Part shown: one piece after another, positions 8,817 through 18,554 of the stretch
Numbering within the stretch: position 1 is the stretch's first letter
How the letters are laid out: the number at the start of each line of letters is the position of its first letter
Assembly (NCBI GenBank): GCA_964502585.1
Contig: CAZCXJ010000002.1
Location: forward strand, 65,473 to 129,472
Length of the DNA: 64,000 bases
Direction of reading: 5' to 3'
Source: an uncultured Candidatus Halobonum sp.
GTDB taxonomy: Archaea; Halobacteriota; Halobacteria; Halobacteriales; Haloferacaceae
The notes under the pieces: generated by a model
Database searches by the model: none
Told to the model about the DNA's origin: nothing
Seen by the model: the letters and a program-made list of their open reading frames with translations, nothing else
Translations under genes and position numbers: made by a program

Positions 8817-10154
8817 CTATAGCGTCTCTTTGTACGCTTCCAGCGTCTCATCGATATCAGCGTCGGTGTGAGCATAGGAGACGAACTGCGACTCGAACTG
8901 ATTGGCGGTCAGGAACACCCCTCTGTCTTTCATGGATTGCCAGAAGACCCGTTCCCAACGGTCCGTAGACGCGGCCCCGACGTCCCCGCCAGTCTTCGGA
9001 CAGGTCCCGTACCTGGGACAGGATTCGCGCTGGCGACAGCCCGCCTCGCAGTGGTTCGAGGTGGAGTCGGGGGCGTCGCGGGTAAATACCGTTTTGAACA
9101 TCGAGTCGATTCCGACGACCGTGTACTCAGGGGCGCGGTCGTGGACTAGATCCTGAATCCCGGAGCGGAGTCGCCCCGCGAGCCGGTTCACATGCGCGTA
9201 CACGTCTTCCTCGAGGGCGTATTTCAACGTCTCGTGGCCGGCCGCCATCGTGACGGGATGGCCCGAGAAGGTTCCTGACTGAAACACGTTGCCCGCGGGC
9301 GTGAATTCCTCGATTACCTCCGCCCGGCCGCCGATCGCTCCTACCGGGAATCCACCGCCGATGATCTTCCCGAACGTGGTTACGTCTGGAGTAACCCCAA
9401 ACGCGCCCTGAGCACACTGTATGCCCCCGACTCGGAAGCCGGTGATAACCTCGTCGAAGACGAGAAGTGCCCCGTAATCGTCACAGAGAGATCGGAGTTC
9501 CTCATGATAACCGTCGATTGGCATCACGATACCCTGATTCCCGAGGATCGGCTCCGTCAGTACCGCTGCGATGTCGTGGCCATGGTTCTCAAAGACCTCT
9601 CTGACGGCCGATACGTCATTGAACGGAACCGGGATCGTGTGCTGTGCGAAGGCCGTCGGGATACCCGGCGAGGAAGGTTGTGTATCCTCGGGTGATCCCT
9701 CGACGAGTGTCGACTCCTGAGCACCGTGATATCCACCTTGCATCACGATGATCTTGTCGCGGCCCGTGAAACCGCGGGCGAGTCGGACTGCTGAGACGGT
9801 GGCTTCCGTTCCACTGTTGACGAACCGGATTGATTCCACCGAAGGGACGTGTCGGGCGACAAACTCGGCGTGTTTGACTTCGATCTCGGTCGGGGCGCCG
9901 TACATCGGTCCTTCGGCGACATGTGACTGAACGGCAGCGGTCACGGGATCGGGTAGGTCGTGACCGTAGAGGAGTGGACCGTATCCCATGACGTAATCGA
10001 TGTAACGGTTCCCGTCCACGTCCACGACATGGGCGCCGTCACCGCGTTTGATAAAGAACGGGTACGGCATCGTGGCTCGGACGGAAGAGTTCACCCCTCC
10101 GGGGATTACCGACAGGGCCCGGTCGTACAACTCCCGCGAACGGTCGTGGTCCAT
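8817..10154 (-). CDS. hemL: glutamate-1-semialdehyde 2,1-aminomutase
   Basis: 445 aa; class III aminotransferase motifs ([23 protein letters not shown]-lysine region [14 protein letters not shown]); carries an extra Cys-rich insert near the C-terminus. Confidence 0.9.
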   Translation of the reverse strand: MDHDRSRELYDRALSVIPGGVNSSVRATMPYPFFIKRGDGAHVVDVDGNRYIDYVMGYGPLLYGHDLPDPVTAAVQSHVAEGPMYGAPTEIEVKHAEFVARHVPSVESIRFVNSGTEATVSAVRLARGFTGRDKIIVMQGGYHGAQESTLVEGSPEDTQPSSPGIPTAFAQHTIPVPFNDVSAVREVFENHGHDIAAVLTEPILGNQGIVMPIDGYHEELRSLCDDYGALLVFDEVITGFRVGGIQCAQGAFGVTPDVTTFGKIIGGGFPVGAIGGRAEVIEEFTPAGNVFQSGTFSGHPVTMAAGHETLKYALEEDVYAHVNRLAGRLRSGIQDLVHDRAPEYTVVGIDSMFKTVFTRDAPDSTSNHCEAGCRQRESCPRYGTCPKTGGDVGAASTDRWERVFWQSMKDRGVFLTANQFESQFVSYAHTDADIDETLEAYKETL

Positions 10155-10264
10155 ACCGTTAGGTTGGAGACTCGGCCCGAAAGTAGTTACCGAGTCCGGG
10201 CAGGACAGGCGAATGCCGAAGTCCTCGGGGAACGTCGGTAGACCGGGTTCGACCGGCGATTCAG

Positions 10265-11938
10265 TCAGACGGCAGCAGTACCTTGGGCTCCAGTGCGGAT
10301 CTGAAGGGCGTCATCCACCGGGAGAACGAATACCTTCCCGTCGCCGGGTTCCCCGGTCCCCGCCGCCTCCGCGATCGCGTCCGCAACGTCATTCGCCGGG
10401 ACGTCCGCGACCACACACTCGACTTTTATCTTCTGGTGCAGGTCGACCACGTATTCTTCACCTCGCCACTGTCCAGTCTTCGAGGGTTGCGTCCCGCGCC
10501 CGGAAACGTTCGTGACCGTGATGTGGGGCGCCTCGACATCAGCGAGTGCCCGTTTGACGGCACTGAGTTTCTCAGGGCGGATCACCGCCATGACGAGCTT
10601 TAGGCCGCCGTCGTTAGCTTCGCCGCCGTCGGCACGGACGACCCCTCCATCGGCGACGACCGGTTCGTCCCCGAGACTGAACTCCGGATAGGTTTCGACC
10701 CCATGTTCCGAGAGGTCGAGGCCTTCGCGTTCGTGGTCCGGACTGACTCGTGCCTGGTTGACAGCCTTGAACGCCCCAAACACGGCGGCTGTCGCCAAGA
10801 TCGTCCACGCCCCGATGATGGTCACACCAAGGATTTGGACCCCGAGCTGCCCCAGCGAGAAGCCGTCGACGGCAAAAACCGGATATATGATGGCCCCCAT
10901 CGCTCCTGCGGAGCCGTGCACGGGATACACCGCGCACACGTCGTCGATCTTCAACCGTTTCTCGACGAACTCGAAGACAATCGGGAGTTGACCGCCAGCG
11001 AGCAGCCCGATCACCAGAGCACCCGTCCAGGTGACGAGGTCCGTGTTGCTGGTAATGCCAACCAGCCCTGCAAGGAGACCGTTGGCGACGTAGAGCGTGT
11101 CCACCTTACCCGTCCGTAGCAGGGATACGCCGGCGGCACCGATCGTCCCCGCTCCCATCGCCAGCGTGGTCGTCAGGGCAACCCGACCGACCGTCGACTC
11201 GAAGGCCGCCAGAGTTAGGGACCCGTCCTCCACGGCAAACACCGTTGCCGCCGTCCCGACGTTAAACCCATACCACCCGAACGCCAAGACGAGCGTTCCG
11301 AGAACGGCGAAAGTCAGCGAGTGGCCGGGGATGACATTGATAGATCCATCCTCGTCGTACCGGTCCATACGCGGTCCGAGCACCCAAGCTGCCGTGAGGC
11401 CGGCGACGCCGCCCATCCCGTGGACGATCATCCCCCCAGCGAAATCGTGGAACCCCAGGCCGGACAAGAGTCCACCGCCCCAGGTAAGGCCAGTCACCAC
11501 CGGATAGATGACCGCGGCAAGCATTACTGTGTACCCGACGTACGAGCGGAGCTTTGCACGACCGGCGACCGCCCCCGACACGATGGTTGCGGCCGTCATG
11601 GCGAACACGGCGCCGAACAGCCAGCCGACCCAGTCGCGGGACGTTCCCGGCGCCAGCACGTCAGTGAATGCCCCACCAACAGTGTACGAGCCACCGCCGG
11701 TAATGCCTCCAACCAAGGTCGAGAGGGCCGCTCCGACCAAGAAGAACGCGATTACGCCCACGCTCCAGGTGAGCATGTTCTTCGTCAACTGATTGGCGAC
11801 GTTTTTCGACCGCACCTGTCCGGCTTCTAGCATCGCGAAGCCTGCATGCATGAAGAAGATCAGGAAGGTCACCACCAGAACCCAGAGGAGGTTTACTCCC
11901 TCAGCCAGGACGGCTGGATCGACTTGCAAGGGGATCAT
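10265..11938 (-). CDS. amt: ammonium transporter (Amt) fused in-frame to a C-terminal PII/GlnK nitrogen-regulatory domain
   Basis: N-terminal ~430 aa is canonical Amt (multi-TM, C-terminal [18 protein letters not shown]). It continues without a stop through a GD-rich linker into a complete PII domain ([13 protein letters not shown]...T-loop [17 protein letters not shown]...[16 protein letters not shown]). Confidence 0.85.
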   Translation of the reverse strand: MIPLQVDPAVLAEGVNLLWVLVVTFLIFFMHAGFAMLEAGQVRSKNVANQLTKNMLTWSVGVIAFFLVGAALSTLVGGITGGGSYTVGGAFTDVLAPGTSRDWVGWLFGAVFAMTAATIVSGAVAGRAKLRSYVGYTVMLAAVIYPVVTGLTWGGGLLSGLGFHDFAGGMIVHGMGGVAGLTAAWVLGPRMDRYDEDGSINVIPGHSLTFAVLGTLVLAFGWYGFNVGTAATVFAVEDGSLTLAAFESTVGRVALTTTLAMGAGTIGAAGVSLLRTGKVDTLYVANGLLAGLVGITSNTDLVTWTGALVIGLLAGGQLPIVFEFVEKRLKIDDVCAVYPVHGSAGAMGAIIYPVFAVDGFSLGQLGVQILGVTIIGAWTILATAAVFGAFKAVNQARVSPDHEREGLDLSEHGVETYPEFSLGDEPVVADGGVVRADGGEANDGGLKLVMAVIRPEKLSAVKRALADVEAPHITVTNVSGRGTQPSKTGQWRGEEYVVDLHQKIKVECVVADVPANDVADAIAEAAGTGEPGDGKVFVLPVDDALQIRTGAQGTAAV

Positions 11939-12222
11939 GACCCTCTCCCCAACGCCAATTCACGTTCGTGTATCGATTCGCCGATTACCGATGCAGTCTC
12001 TTGCATGTACTCGTGAGAGTCACCGGACTGGGCGCGTATAAATCTTAAGTCAAAGATTTTGATTTTTTCCGAATTTTACTGGACGTTCGTCAGATGTATT
12101 GACGGATAAGGTCTGTTTAAGGTGTTTGTATGTCCGAAAAACCGATGATTGTCAGGTTCAAATTTCACGCATGTTGGGGAGGATATGCTGTACTTCAGCG
12201 AATCGGGCTCGCGCGCGGCCAC

Positions 12223-13005
12223 TTACTCCCGATACGAGGGGGCGGCTGCTTCGACAACGGCACAGGCGAGGGCTTCAAACGTGGCGACTTCTGGGACGAT
12301 ATCGACCTCGATACCGGCCTCAGCGGCCGTGTCTCGGGTCGGATCGCCGATCGTACCGACGATGGCGTCGTTCAAGCCCGAGATGGCAGCGTCCCGAATT
12401 CCGCCCTCTGAGGCGGCGGCGAGAAAATGCTCGACGGTAAGCGAAGAGGTGAACAGGGCGGCCTCAAGTTCACCCCTTGCGGCTCGGTCGGTCGAAATCC
12501 CGGATCCTTCGGGGCGTGTCAGCCGATAGAGCACCGTTTCGTGGACGTCCGCGCCCGCTTCGCGAAGCCCTTCAAGCAACACAGACGACCCGTGGTCGGA
12601 TCGGGCGACTTCCACGCGGTGACCCGCGACCCGGTCACCGAGTGCCTCGACGAGTCCCCGTGACGAGTACTCCGAGGGAACGAGGTCGACGGACCAACCC
12701 GCAGCCCGGGCAGCCTTGGCAGTCGAGGCACCGATGCAGGCCAAGGACGCATCGCCGGGCGACCAACCTGCCTTGGCGGCCAGTTCGACACCGGTTTGCG
12801 AGGTGAGAACCACCCAGTCTGCGGACTCGGGGATCTCGCCCGATGGATTCACTGCGAGCATCGGGTCCGGGACTGGGGTAGCACCAAGCGATTCCAGAAG
12901 CTCGACCGCCTCCGATAGGCGTTCATCGTCCGGTCGAAAAACCGCCACGCGCGTCTCCCTACTCATCGGTTCTCGATACTCGGTCGGTTGGGTCGGTCTC
13001 GGCAT
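12223..13005 (-). CDS. hemD: uroporphyrinogen-III synthase
   Basis: 260 aa; HemD-like (VAVFRPDDERL..., two-domain fold); start ATG overlaps hemC stop (ATGA). Confidence 0.75.
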   Translation of the reverse strand: MPRPTQPTEYREPMSRETRVAVFRPDDERLSEAVELLESLGATPVPDPMLAVNPSGEIPESADWVVLTSQTGVELAAKAGWSPGDASLACIGASTAKAARAAGWSVDLVPSEYSSRGLVEALGDRVAGHRVEVARSDHGSSVLLEGLREAGADVHETVLYRLTRPEGSGISTDRAARGELEAALFTSSLTVEHFLAAASEGGIRDAAISGLNDAIVGTIGDPTRDTAAEAGIEVDIVPEVATFEALACAVVEAAAPSYRE

Positions 13006-14129
13006 CAGTCATGACGGGTTCCTCGGTCAGCGTTTTCGCGACGGGCTGCGTCGATCAGTCCCACCGCCCCCTTCTCGCGGAGGTCAGCACCGAAATCCTC
13101 GGCCGCGTGTACATGCCGCTCGACCGGGAGGTCACGAGACGCCGAGACCTCCTCGTTTCCATCAGTAGCGAGCACACGAGCCCGAACCCGGACGTGAGCA
13201 CCTTGGAGGAGGGCGTGAACGCCGATGGGTGCGACACACCCCCCGCCCACCGCTGCGAGCACGGTCCGTTCAGCCGTCGTCGTAACGCGGGTCGGAGGGT
13301 GATCGAGCGCGGTCCGGATCGCCGCGGTGGCCTCTTCGGTGGCGGTCGTTACCGCAAGCGCCCCCTGTCCAGGCGCCGGGACGTACGCCTCGCGGGAGAG
13401 ACGAGCAGTATTCACCTGCCGGAACAGGCCTCCACGGCGGAGTCCGGCCTCCGCCAGCACGATCGCGTCGTACTCCTGATCCGGATTCCGTTCCAGTGCT
13501 CGCCGTTCGATTTCCGTGAGGTCGTCGAACCACTGCTCTGGGGTCCGCTCGTATTCAGTCCTCTGGGCCGTGTCCGACCCTTCGGAGTCGTCGGCCATCT
13601 CATCGCTGTCAGCATCCCTGAGCCGTCGTTGGTGGTCCCTCTGGAGTGATGGAGCCAGGAGCTTCTCGATACGGGTGTCGACGTTTCCACGGAGCGGTTC
13701 AATCTTCAGGTCGGGGCGCTCCGCAAGCAACTGCGCGCGTCTGCGGAGCGAGGAAGTACCCACAGTCGCGCCGTCCGGGAGACCGGACACACCACCGCCG
13801 TCCGGGGTAACCAGGATGTCACCAGCGGGTGCGCGGTCGGGAACCGCCGCGACCCGGAGACGATCCGGAAACTCCGTAGGCATATCCTTCATCGAATGGA
13901 CGGCCGCATCGACATCCCCGGCCAGGACCTTCCGGTCAAGCGACCGAACGAATGCACCGGTTCGACCGAGATCCCTAATGAGCGCGTCATCAAGTCGGTC
14001 TCCCCGTGTCTCTACTTCAACGATATCGACGTCGTACCGGCGGGCCTCCAGGGCCTCGCGAACGACCGTCGCCTGTCGGAGCGCCAGCTCCGAGCCTCGG
14101 GTCGCAATCTGGAGGAGACCGCGAGTCAT
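13005..14129 (-). CDS. hemC: hydroxymethylbilane synthase (porphobilinogen deaminase)
   Basis: LQIATRGSELALRQA N-terminus, dipyrromethane-cofactor Cys region (VGGGCVAPIG); haloarchaeal-type acidic insertion in the middle. Confidence 0.9.
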   Translation of the reverse strand: MTRGLLQIATRGSELALRQATVVREALEARRYDVDIVEVETRGDRLDDALIRDLGRTGAFVRSLDRKVLAGDVDAAVHSMKDMPTEFPDRLRVAAVPDRAPAGDILVTPDGGGVSGLPDGATVGTSSLRRRAQLLAERPDLKIEPLRGNVDTRIEKLLAPSLQRDHQRRLRDADSDEMADDSEGSDTAQRTEYERTPEQWFDDLTEIERRALERNPDQEYDAIVLAEAGLRRGGLFRQVNTARLSREAYVPAPGQGALAVTTATEEATAAIRTALDHPPTRVTTTAERTVLAAVGGGCVAPIGVHALLQGAHVRVRARVLATDGNEEVSASRDLPVERHVHAAEDFGADLREKGAVGLIDAARRENADRGTRHD

Positions 14130-14377
14130 GAGAGAACGTGGAGGTGCGTGGCTGAAAAGGGCCTCGGGTTCGGAGTACCGTGACGAGGTTCGTATCTCCG
14201 CCCGGAGACGGACCGAAACGGTTTAACACCGCGGGCTTGGAGTGACCACTGATGACAGGTGGCGTCGTCGCTCCCGCGGGTTTGGCCGGTGAGCGACGCG
14301 TTCGACCGGGCCGGTAAGGCCCGCTTTTACCCCCTCTTCCCAGGATTCGTAGCACATCCCGTCGGTCAGTCGTGTCT

Positions 14378-14440
14378 CTCGGATTTTATTTAGTAAAATT
14401 ATCGATGAATTTAATAACCCTGAGAGACAGTAGAGATGTA
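14378..14440 (+). promoter_or_regulatory. AT-rich promoter region of argG (TATA-like TTTATTTAG / TTAATAAC)
   Basis: Sharp local drop in GC immediately upstream of the argG ATG at 14441; divergent from hemC. Confidence 0.4.
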
Positions 14441-15697
14441 ATGACACGTGTGGCACTCGCCTTCAGTGGCGGTCTCGATACCACAGTCTGCGTCCCACTA
14501 CTGAAAGAAGAGTACGGGTTCGACGAGGTACTCGGGGTTACGGTGGACGTCGGCCAGCCGGCCGAGGAGCTTACCGAGGCCAAGGAGACTGCGGCGACAC
14601 TGGGTCTGGAACATCACGTCGTGGATGCGCGGGCCGAGTTCGCCCAGAACTGTCTGGCGAGCGTGCGCGCCAACGCGACGTACCAGGGGTACCCGCTCGG
14701 CACAGCCCTAGCTCGGCCAGTGATTGCTGGGGCGATCTTGGATGTCGCCGAGACGCAGAACTGTGAAGCCCTCGCACACGGATGTACCGGGAAGGGGAAC
14801 GACCAGCTGCGGTTCGAAGCTGTCTGGCGGGGGTCGGAGTTCCAAGTCATCGCCCCGGTTCGGGAACTCGGACTGACCCGTGAATGGGAGCTCGAGTACG
14901 CGGCCGACAAAGACCTTCCCGTCGAGGGGGGAAACCAAGGTGAATGGTCGATTGATACGAACCTCTGGTCCCGCTCCGTGGAGGGGGGAAAGCTGGAAAA
15001 TCCCGGATACGTGCCCCCCGAAGAGGTGTTTCAGTGGACTACTTCACAGGCTGAGGGGAGCGAACTCGTCGAGATCGACTTCGAGAACGGGTACCCCGTC
15101 GCGGTGAACGGGGAACGGATGGACCCGATCGAGTTGATCGAATATCTGAACAACCTAGCAGGAAAGTACGGTGCCGGCCGGACGGACATGATGGAGGACC
15201 GGATGCTAGGGTTGAAAGTCAGGGAAAACTACGAACACCCCGCCGCGACGGTTCTGTTGAAGGCACACGCAGCCTTGGAGGGGCTGGTGTTGACGAAGGC
15301 CGAACGGGACTTCAAGAACCACGTCGACGAGGAGTGGGCCCAACAGGGATACAAAGGCCTGGTCGATACTCCTCTGATGACGGCTTTGGAGGGATTTCTC
15401 GATGCAAGCCAGGAGAAGGTTACGGGGACGGTCACTATCAAACTGACCGGGGGGAGGGCACGGCCAGTCGGACGCGATTCCGATTATGCGGTCTACTCTG
15501 AAGAGGCCGCCTCGTTCAATACGAAAACAGTCTCCGGGATTGAGCAAGCAGACGCCACTGGCGTTGCCAAATATCACGGGTTCCAAGAACGGCTTGCCAA
15601 CGAGGTCCTTGCACGCACCACGGGGACGCGCGAACAGTTAGCTACCGATGGAGGAGCGGGAGCGCTCCCGACGGACACCGACGGACCCCGGACATGA
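14441..15697 (+). CDS. argG: argininosuccinate synthase
   Basis: Start MTRVALAFSGGLDTTV (PP-loop SGGxDT); ArgG motifs throughout; upstream in-frame extension to 14372 looks like promoter sequence. Confidence 0.9.
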   Translation: MTRVALAFSGGLDTTVCVPLLKEEYGFDEVLGVTVDVGQPAEELTEAKETAATLGLEHHVVDARAEFAQNCLASVRANATYQGYPLGTALARPVIAGAILDVAETQNCEALAHGCTGKGNDQLRFEAVWRGSEFQVIAPVRELGLTREWELEYAADKDLPVEGGNQGEWSIDTNLWSRSVEGGKLENPGYVPPEEVFQWTTSQAEGSELVEIDFENGYPVAVNGERMDPIELIEYLNNLAGKYGAGRTDMMEDRMLGLKVRENYEHPAATVLLKAHAALEGLVLTKAERDFKNHVDEEWAQQGYKGLVDTPLMTALEGFLDASQEKVTGTVTIKLTGGRARPVGRDSDYAVYSEEAASFNTKTVSGIEQADATGVAKYHGFQERLANEVLARTTGTREQLATDGGAGALPTDTDGPRT

Positions 15698-15698
15698 G

Positions 15699-17222
15699 AT
15701 GACCGGGGAACAGGACGGCGAGAGGACGTCCGAGCCCGGTTCCTCGGATCGGACCGAACACGGGACAGTCGTCCGCCGCGAGCGGTTCAGTGGTGGCCCA
15801 GCCCGGTCGTTCCTCTCGAGCCTTGCTGCGGACAGGCGGATTTTCGAAGCCGACCTCGCAGTGGACCGGGCTCACGTCGTGATGCTCGCCGAGACGGGAA
15901 TCATAGAAGAGTCGGCGGCGGGGACTATCCTGAGGGCCCTCGGGAAGGTCGAGAATGAAGGCTATGGTGCGCTTCCGGAAGGGGAAGACGTTCACGAGGC
16001 GATCGAGTCGGCCGTGATCGACCGTGTCGGGCCGACGGGAGGACGGATGCATACTGCCCGGTCGCGGAACGATGAGGTCGCGACGTGTATCCGCTACCGC
16101 CTTCGGACGGACCTCCTGACTGCTGCGGAAACGGCTGGCGCGCTCCGGAGCGAATTAATCTCGCAAGCCCGGGACCATACGGAGACAGTGATCCCAGGGT
16201 TCACTCACGGGCAATACGCTCAGCCGGTCACTGTCGGCCATTTCCTGGCGTCGTACGCCGGGGCCGCGACCCGCGATACCGCGCGGTTGCTGGACGCCTA
16301 CGACCGCACCAACCGATCGCCCCTCGGTGCGGCCGCGTTCGCTGGCACACCGTTCGGTATCGATCGGCAACGGACGGCGGATCTACTGGGGTTCGACGCC
16401 GTGATCGAGAACAGCACCGACGCCGTAGCCGCGCGTGACTTCCTCATCGAGGCTTGTGCGGCACTCGCTGCGCACGCGACCACATGCTCGAGCCTTGCGG
16501 CTGATCTGATCGGATTTACGAGCGAGGGGTATATCGATCTGGATGACGACTACGCGTCCACCTCGTCGATAATGCCACAAAAGAAGAACCCCGACTCGCT
16601 CGAACTTGTTCGGGCGACGGCAGGTGACGCAGTAGGTGATCTCACTGCGGTGTTGACGACCCTGAAAGGACTCCCGCGGGCTTACAACCGGGATCTTCAG
16701 CGCGCCACGCCGCACGCCTGGGACGCGACCGATACCGTGGTAGAAGCCAGCGAGGTAACGGCTGGGGCCATCGGGACTGCCCGGTGGGATGACGAAACCT
16801 GTATGCTTGACGCTGGACGGGGGTTCTCGACTGCGACAGGTGTTGCGGACGCGCTGGCGGCGGCGGGTATCCCGTTCAGGATCGCACACGAACTCGTCGC
16901 AACGGTGGCGGAGTCAGCCGACCCCGATACGGTCAGTGACCCGGAGGCGTTGATGTCGGACCTCGAACGCGCGGCGAGCGAGGTTCTCGAGGAACCGTTG
17001 TTCGGAATCGTCGATCGCGAGACGATACTGGCCACACTAGATCCGATCCAGAATGTCGCGGCGCGGGACTCCAAAGGAGGTCCGGCACCGGAAGCGGTCG
17101 AAGCATCGCTTTCGCGGATGAGCGAGCGGGAAGGCGAGCAGACAGAGGCAGTCAGGCGTCGAGCCAAGTCCCTGAGCGCCGCCACGGACCGACTCAACGA
17201 GGAGGTGGCCAGGTATGCGTGA
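15699..17222 (+). CDS. argH: argininosuccinate lyase
   Basis: Fumarate-lyase family signature (GSSIMPQKKNPDSLE); starts 4 nt after the argG stop. Confidence 0.9.
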   Translation: MTGEQDGERTSEPGSSDRTEHGTVVRRERFSGGPARSFLSSLAADRRIFEADLAVDRAHVVMLAETGIIEESAAGTILRALGKVENEGYGALPEGEDVHEAIESAVIDRVGPTGGRMHTARSRNDEVATCIRYRLRTDLLTAAETAGALRSELISQARDHTETVIPGFTHGQYAQPVTVGHFLASYAGAATRDTARLLDAYDRTNRSPLGAAAFAGTPFGIDRQRTADLLGFDAVIENSTDAVAARDFLIEACAALAAHATTCSSLAADLIGFTSEGYIDLDDDYASTSSIMPQKKNPDSLELVRATAGDAVGDLTAVLTTLKGLPRAYNRDLQRATPHAWDATDTVVEASEVTAGAIGTARWDDETCMLDAGRGFSTATGVADALAAAGIPFRIAHELVATVAESADPDTVSDPEALMSDLERAASEVLEEPLFGIVDRETILATLDPIQNVAARDSKGGPAPEAVEASLSRMSEREGEQTEAVRRRAKSLSAATDRLNEEVARYA

Positions 17223-17504
17223 CCCGCGACCCCGCCGACACCGACGAGAACACTCGGGTCCGAACGGCCAGGTTCCGGCGCTGGGTCCGAGGGGCGGAAC
17301 CCCTCCGACTCATCCGGGACTGACCCCGTCGGTCGAACCACTGCCGCCGGACCCGGGACGGGTCCAGTATAATTCAACTCCCGGACATAAAATCCCGGAC
17401 CGGCGGTTTCAGGGTCGCTAAGCCCCGATAGCTGGAGCTCCGCTGTTAATTTTCAATGATAAATCGATGGATTAAAGACTGGGGAACGGGAGGTAACAAA
17501 CGCC

Positions 17505-17675
17505 ATGAGTGAAGCCGAGTGCGTGGAGTGTGGTGCAACGGTGACCATCGATACCGCGCTCGAAATCGGAGAAATCCTGGATTGTGGGACATGTGGAACC
17601 GAACTGGAAGCCGTCGAAACGAACCCCTTGGTGCTCGAGCGAGCCCCGCAACTCGAAGAGGACTGGGGGGAATGA
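17505..17675 (+). CDS. lysW: LysW/ArgW amino-group carrier protein (56 aa), missed by ORF track
   Basis: MSEAECVECGATVTIDTALEIGEILDCGTCGTELEAVETNPLVLERAPQLEEDWGE: N-terminal Zn-ribbon C-x2-C...C-x2-C and C-terminal EDWGE tail, the defining LysW features. The TGA overlaps the next gene's ATG (TGAATG). Confidence 0.85.
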   Translation: MSEAECVECGATVTIDTALEIGEILDCGTCGTELEAVETNPLVLERAPQLEEDWGE

Positions 17676-18554
17676 ATGGACGTCGCGGTCTTTTATTCCC
17701 GGATCCGGCACGATGAGAAGCTCCTCTTGGAAGAGCTGCGAGAAAGGGGCCATGAGGTGATCAAACTCGACGTGCGGGAGATACGTTTCGGACTCAAGGA
17801 GCCGAGCGTGAATTTGGAGGGTATCGACCTGGCGGTCGACCGTTGTCTCGCGACCTCGCGGTCCCTGTACCTCGGGAAGTACCTTCAGCAGTACGGGGTC
17901 CCAGTCGTTAACAGCCCTGGAACGGCGGAAACGTGTGCAGACAAGGTGGAAACCAGTTTGGCGCTGTCCGCCGCAGGTGTTCCGACGCCGGCGACAGAGG
18001 TTGCGTTCACAAAAGAGGCCGCCCTAGAAGCTATCGAGGGGTTCGGCTACCCTTGTGTTCTGAAGCCGGTCGTCGGGTCCTGGGGACGACTGATGGCCAA
18101 GCTGGACTCACGTACCGCCGCAGAGGCCGTGCTCGAACACAAGAAGATCCTCGGTCACTACGAGCACAAGGTGTTTTATATCCAAGAATTCGTCGAGAAA
18201 CCGGGACGAGACGTTCGGATACTGTCGATCGACGGTGAACCAATCGCCGGAATGACACGGTCAGCGGATCACTGGCTGACAAACGCCGCACAGGGTGGGC
18301 AAACAGCCTCGTTCGAGTCCGAGGACAGGGTGGACGAGCTCGTCCGTCAGGCGAGCGCTGCGGTCGGCGGTGGACTGCTGGGCGTCGACCTGATGGAGAC
18401 GGACGAAGGGTATACCGTCCATGAAGTGAATCATACAGTCGAATTCAAGGCGTTGAACGACACTGTGGAGGTGGACGTGCCCGGTGCTGTCGTTGACTGG
18501 TTGGAAACTCTGGCACGGAAAAACCAGGATGGGACGGAGGTCGTTACCCCGTGA
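17676..18554 (+). CDS. lysX: LysX/ArgX, RimK-like ATP-grasp ligase that loads glutamate onto LysW
   Basis: 292 aa ATP-grasp (RimK family) directly after lysW; conserved operon position. Confidence 0.85.
   Translation: MDVAVFYSRIRHDEKLLLEELRERGHEVIKLDVREIRFGLKEPSVNLEGIDLAVDRCLATSRSLYLGKYLQQYGVPVVNSPGTAETCADKVETSLALSAAGVPTPATEVAFTKEAALEAIEGFGYPCVLKPVVGSWGRLMAKLDSRTAAEAVLEHKKILGHYEHKVFYIQEFVEKPGRDVRILSIDGEPIAGMTRSADHWLTNAAQGGQTASFESEDRVDELVRQASAAVGGGLLGVDLMETDEGYTVHEVNHTVEFKALNDTVEVDVPGAVVDWLETLARKNQDGTEVVTP

Noticed and set aside
13516-14226. 236-aa plus-strand ORF antisense to hemC
   Set aside because: Ser/Arg-rich antisense artefact; hemC on the opposite strand has unambiguous motifs.
16383-17377. 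Several minus-strand ORFs (168 and 226 aa) antisense to argH
   Set aside because: Alternate-frame artefacts; basic/Ser-rich, no motifs.
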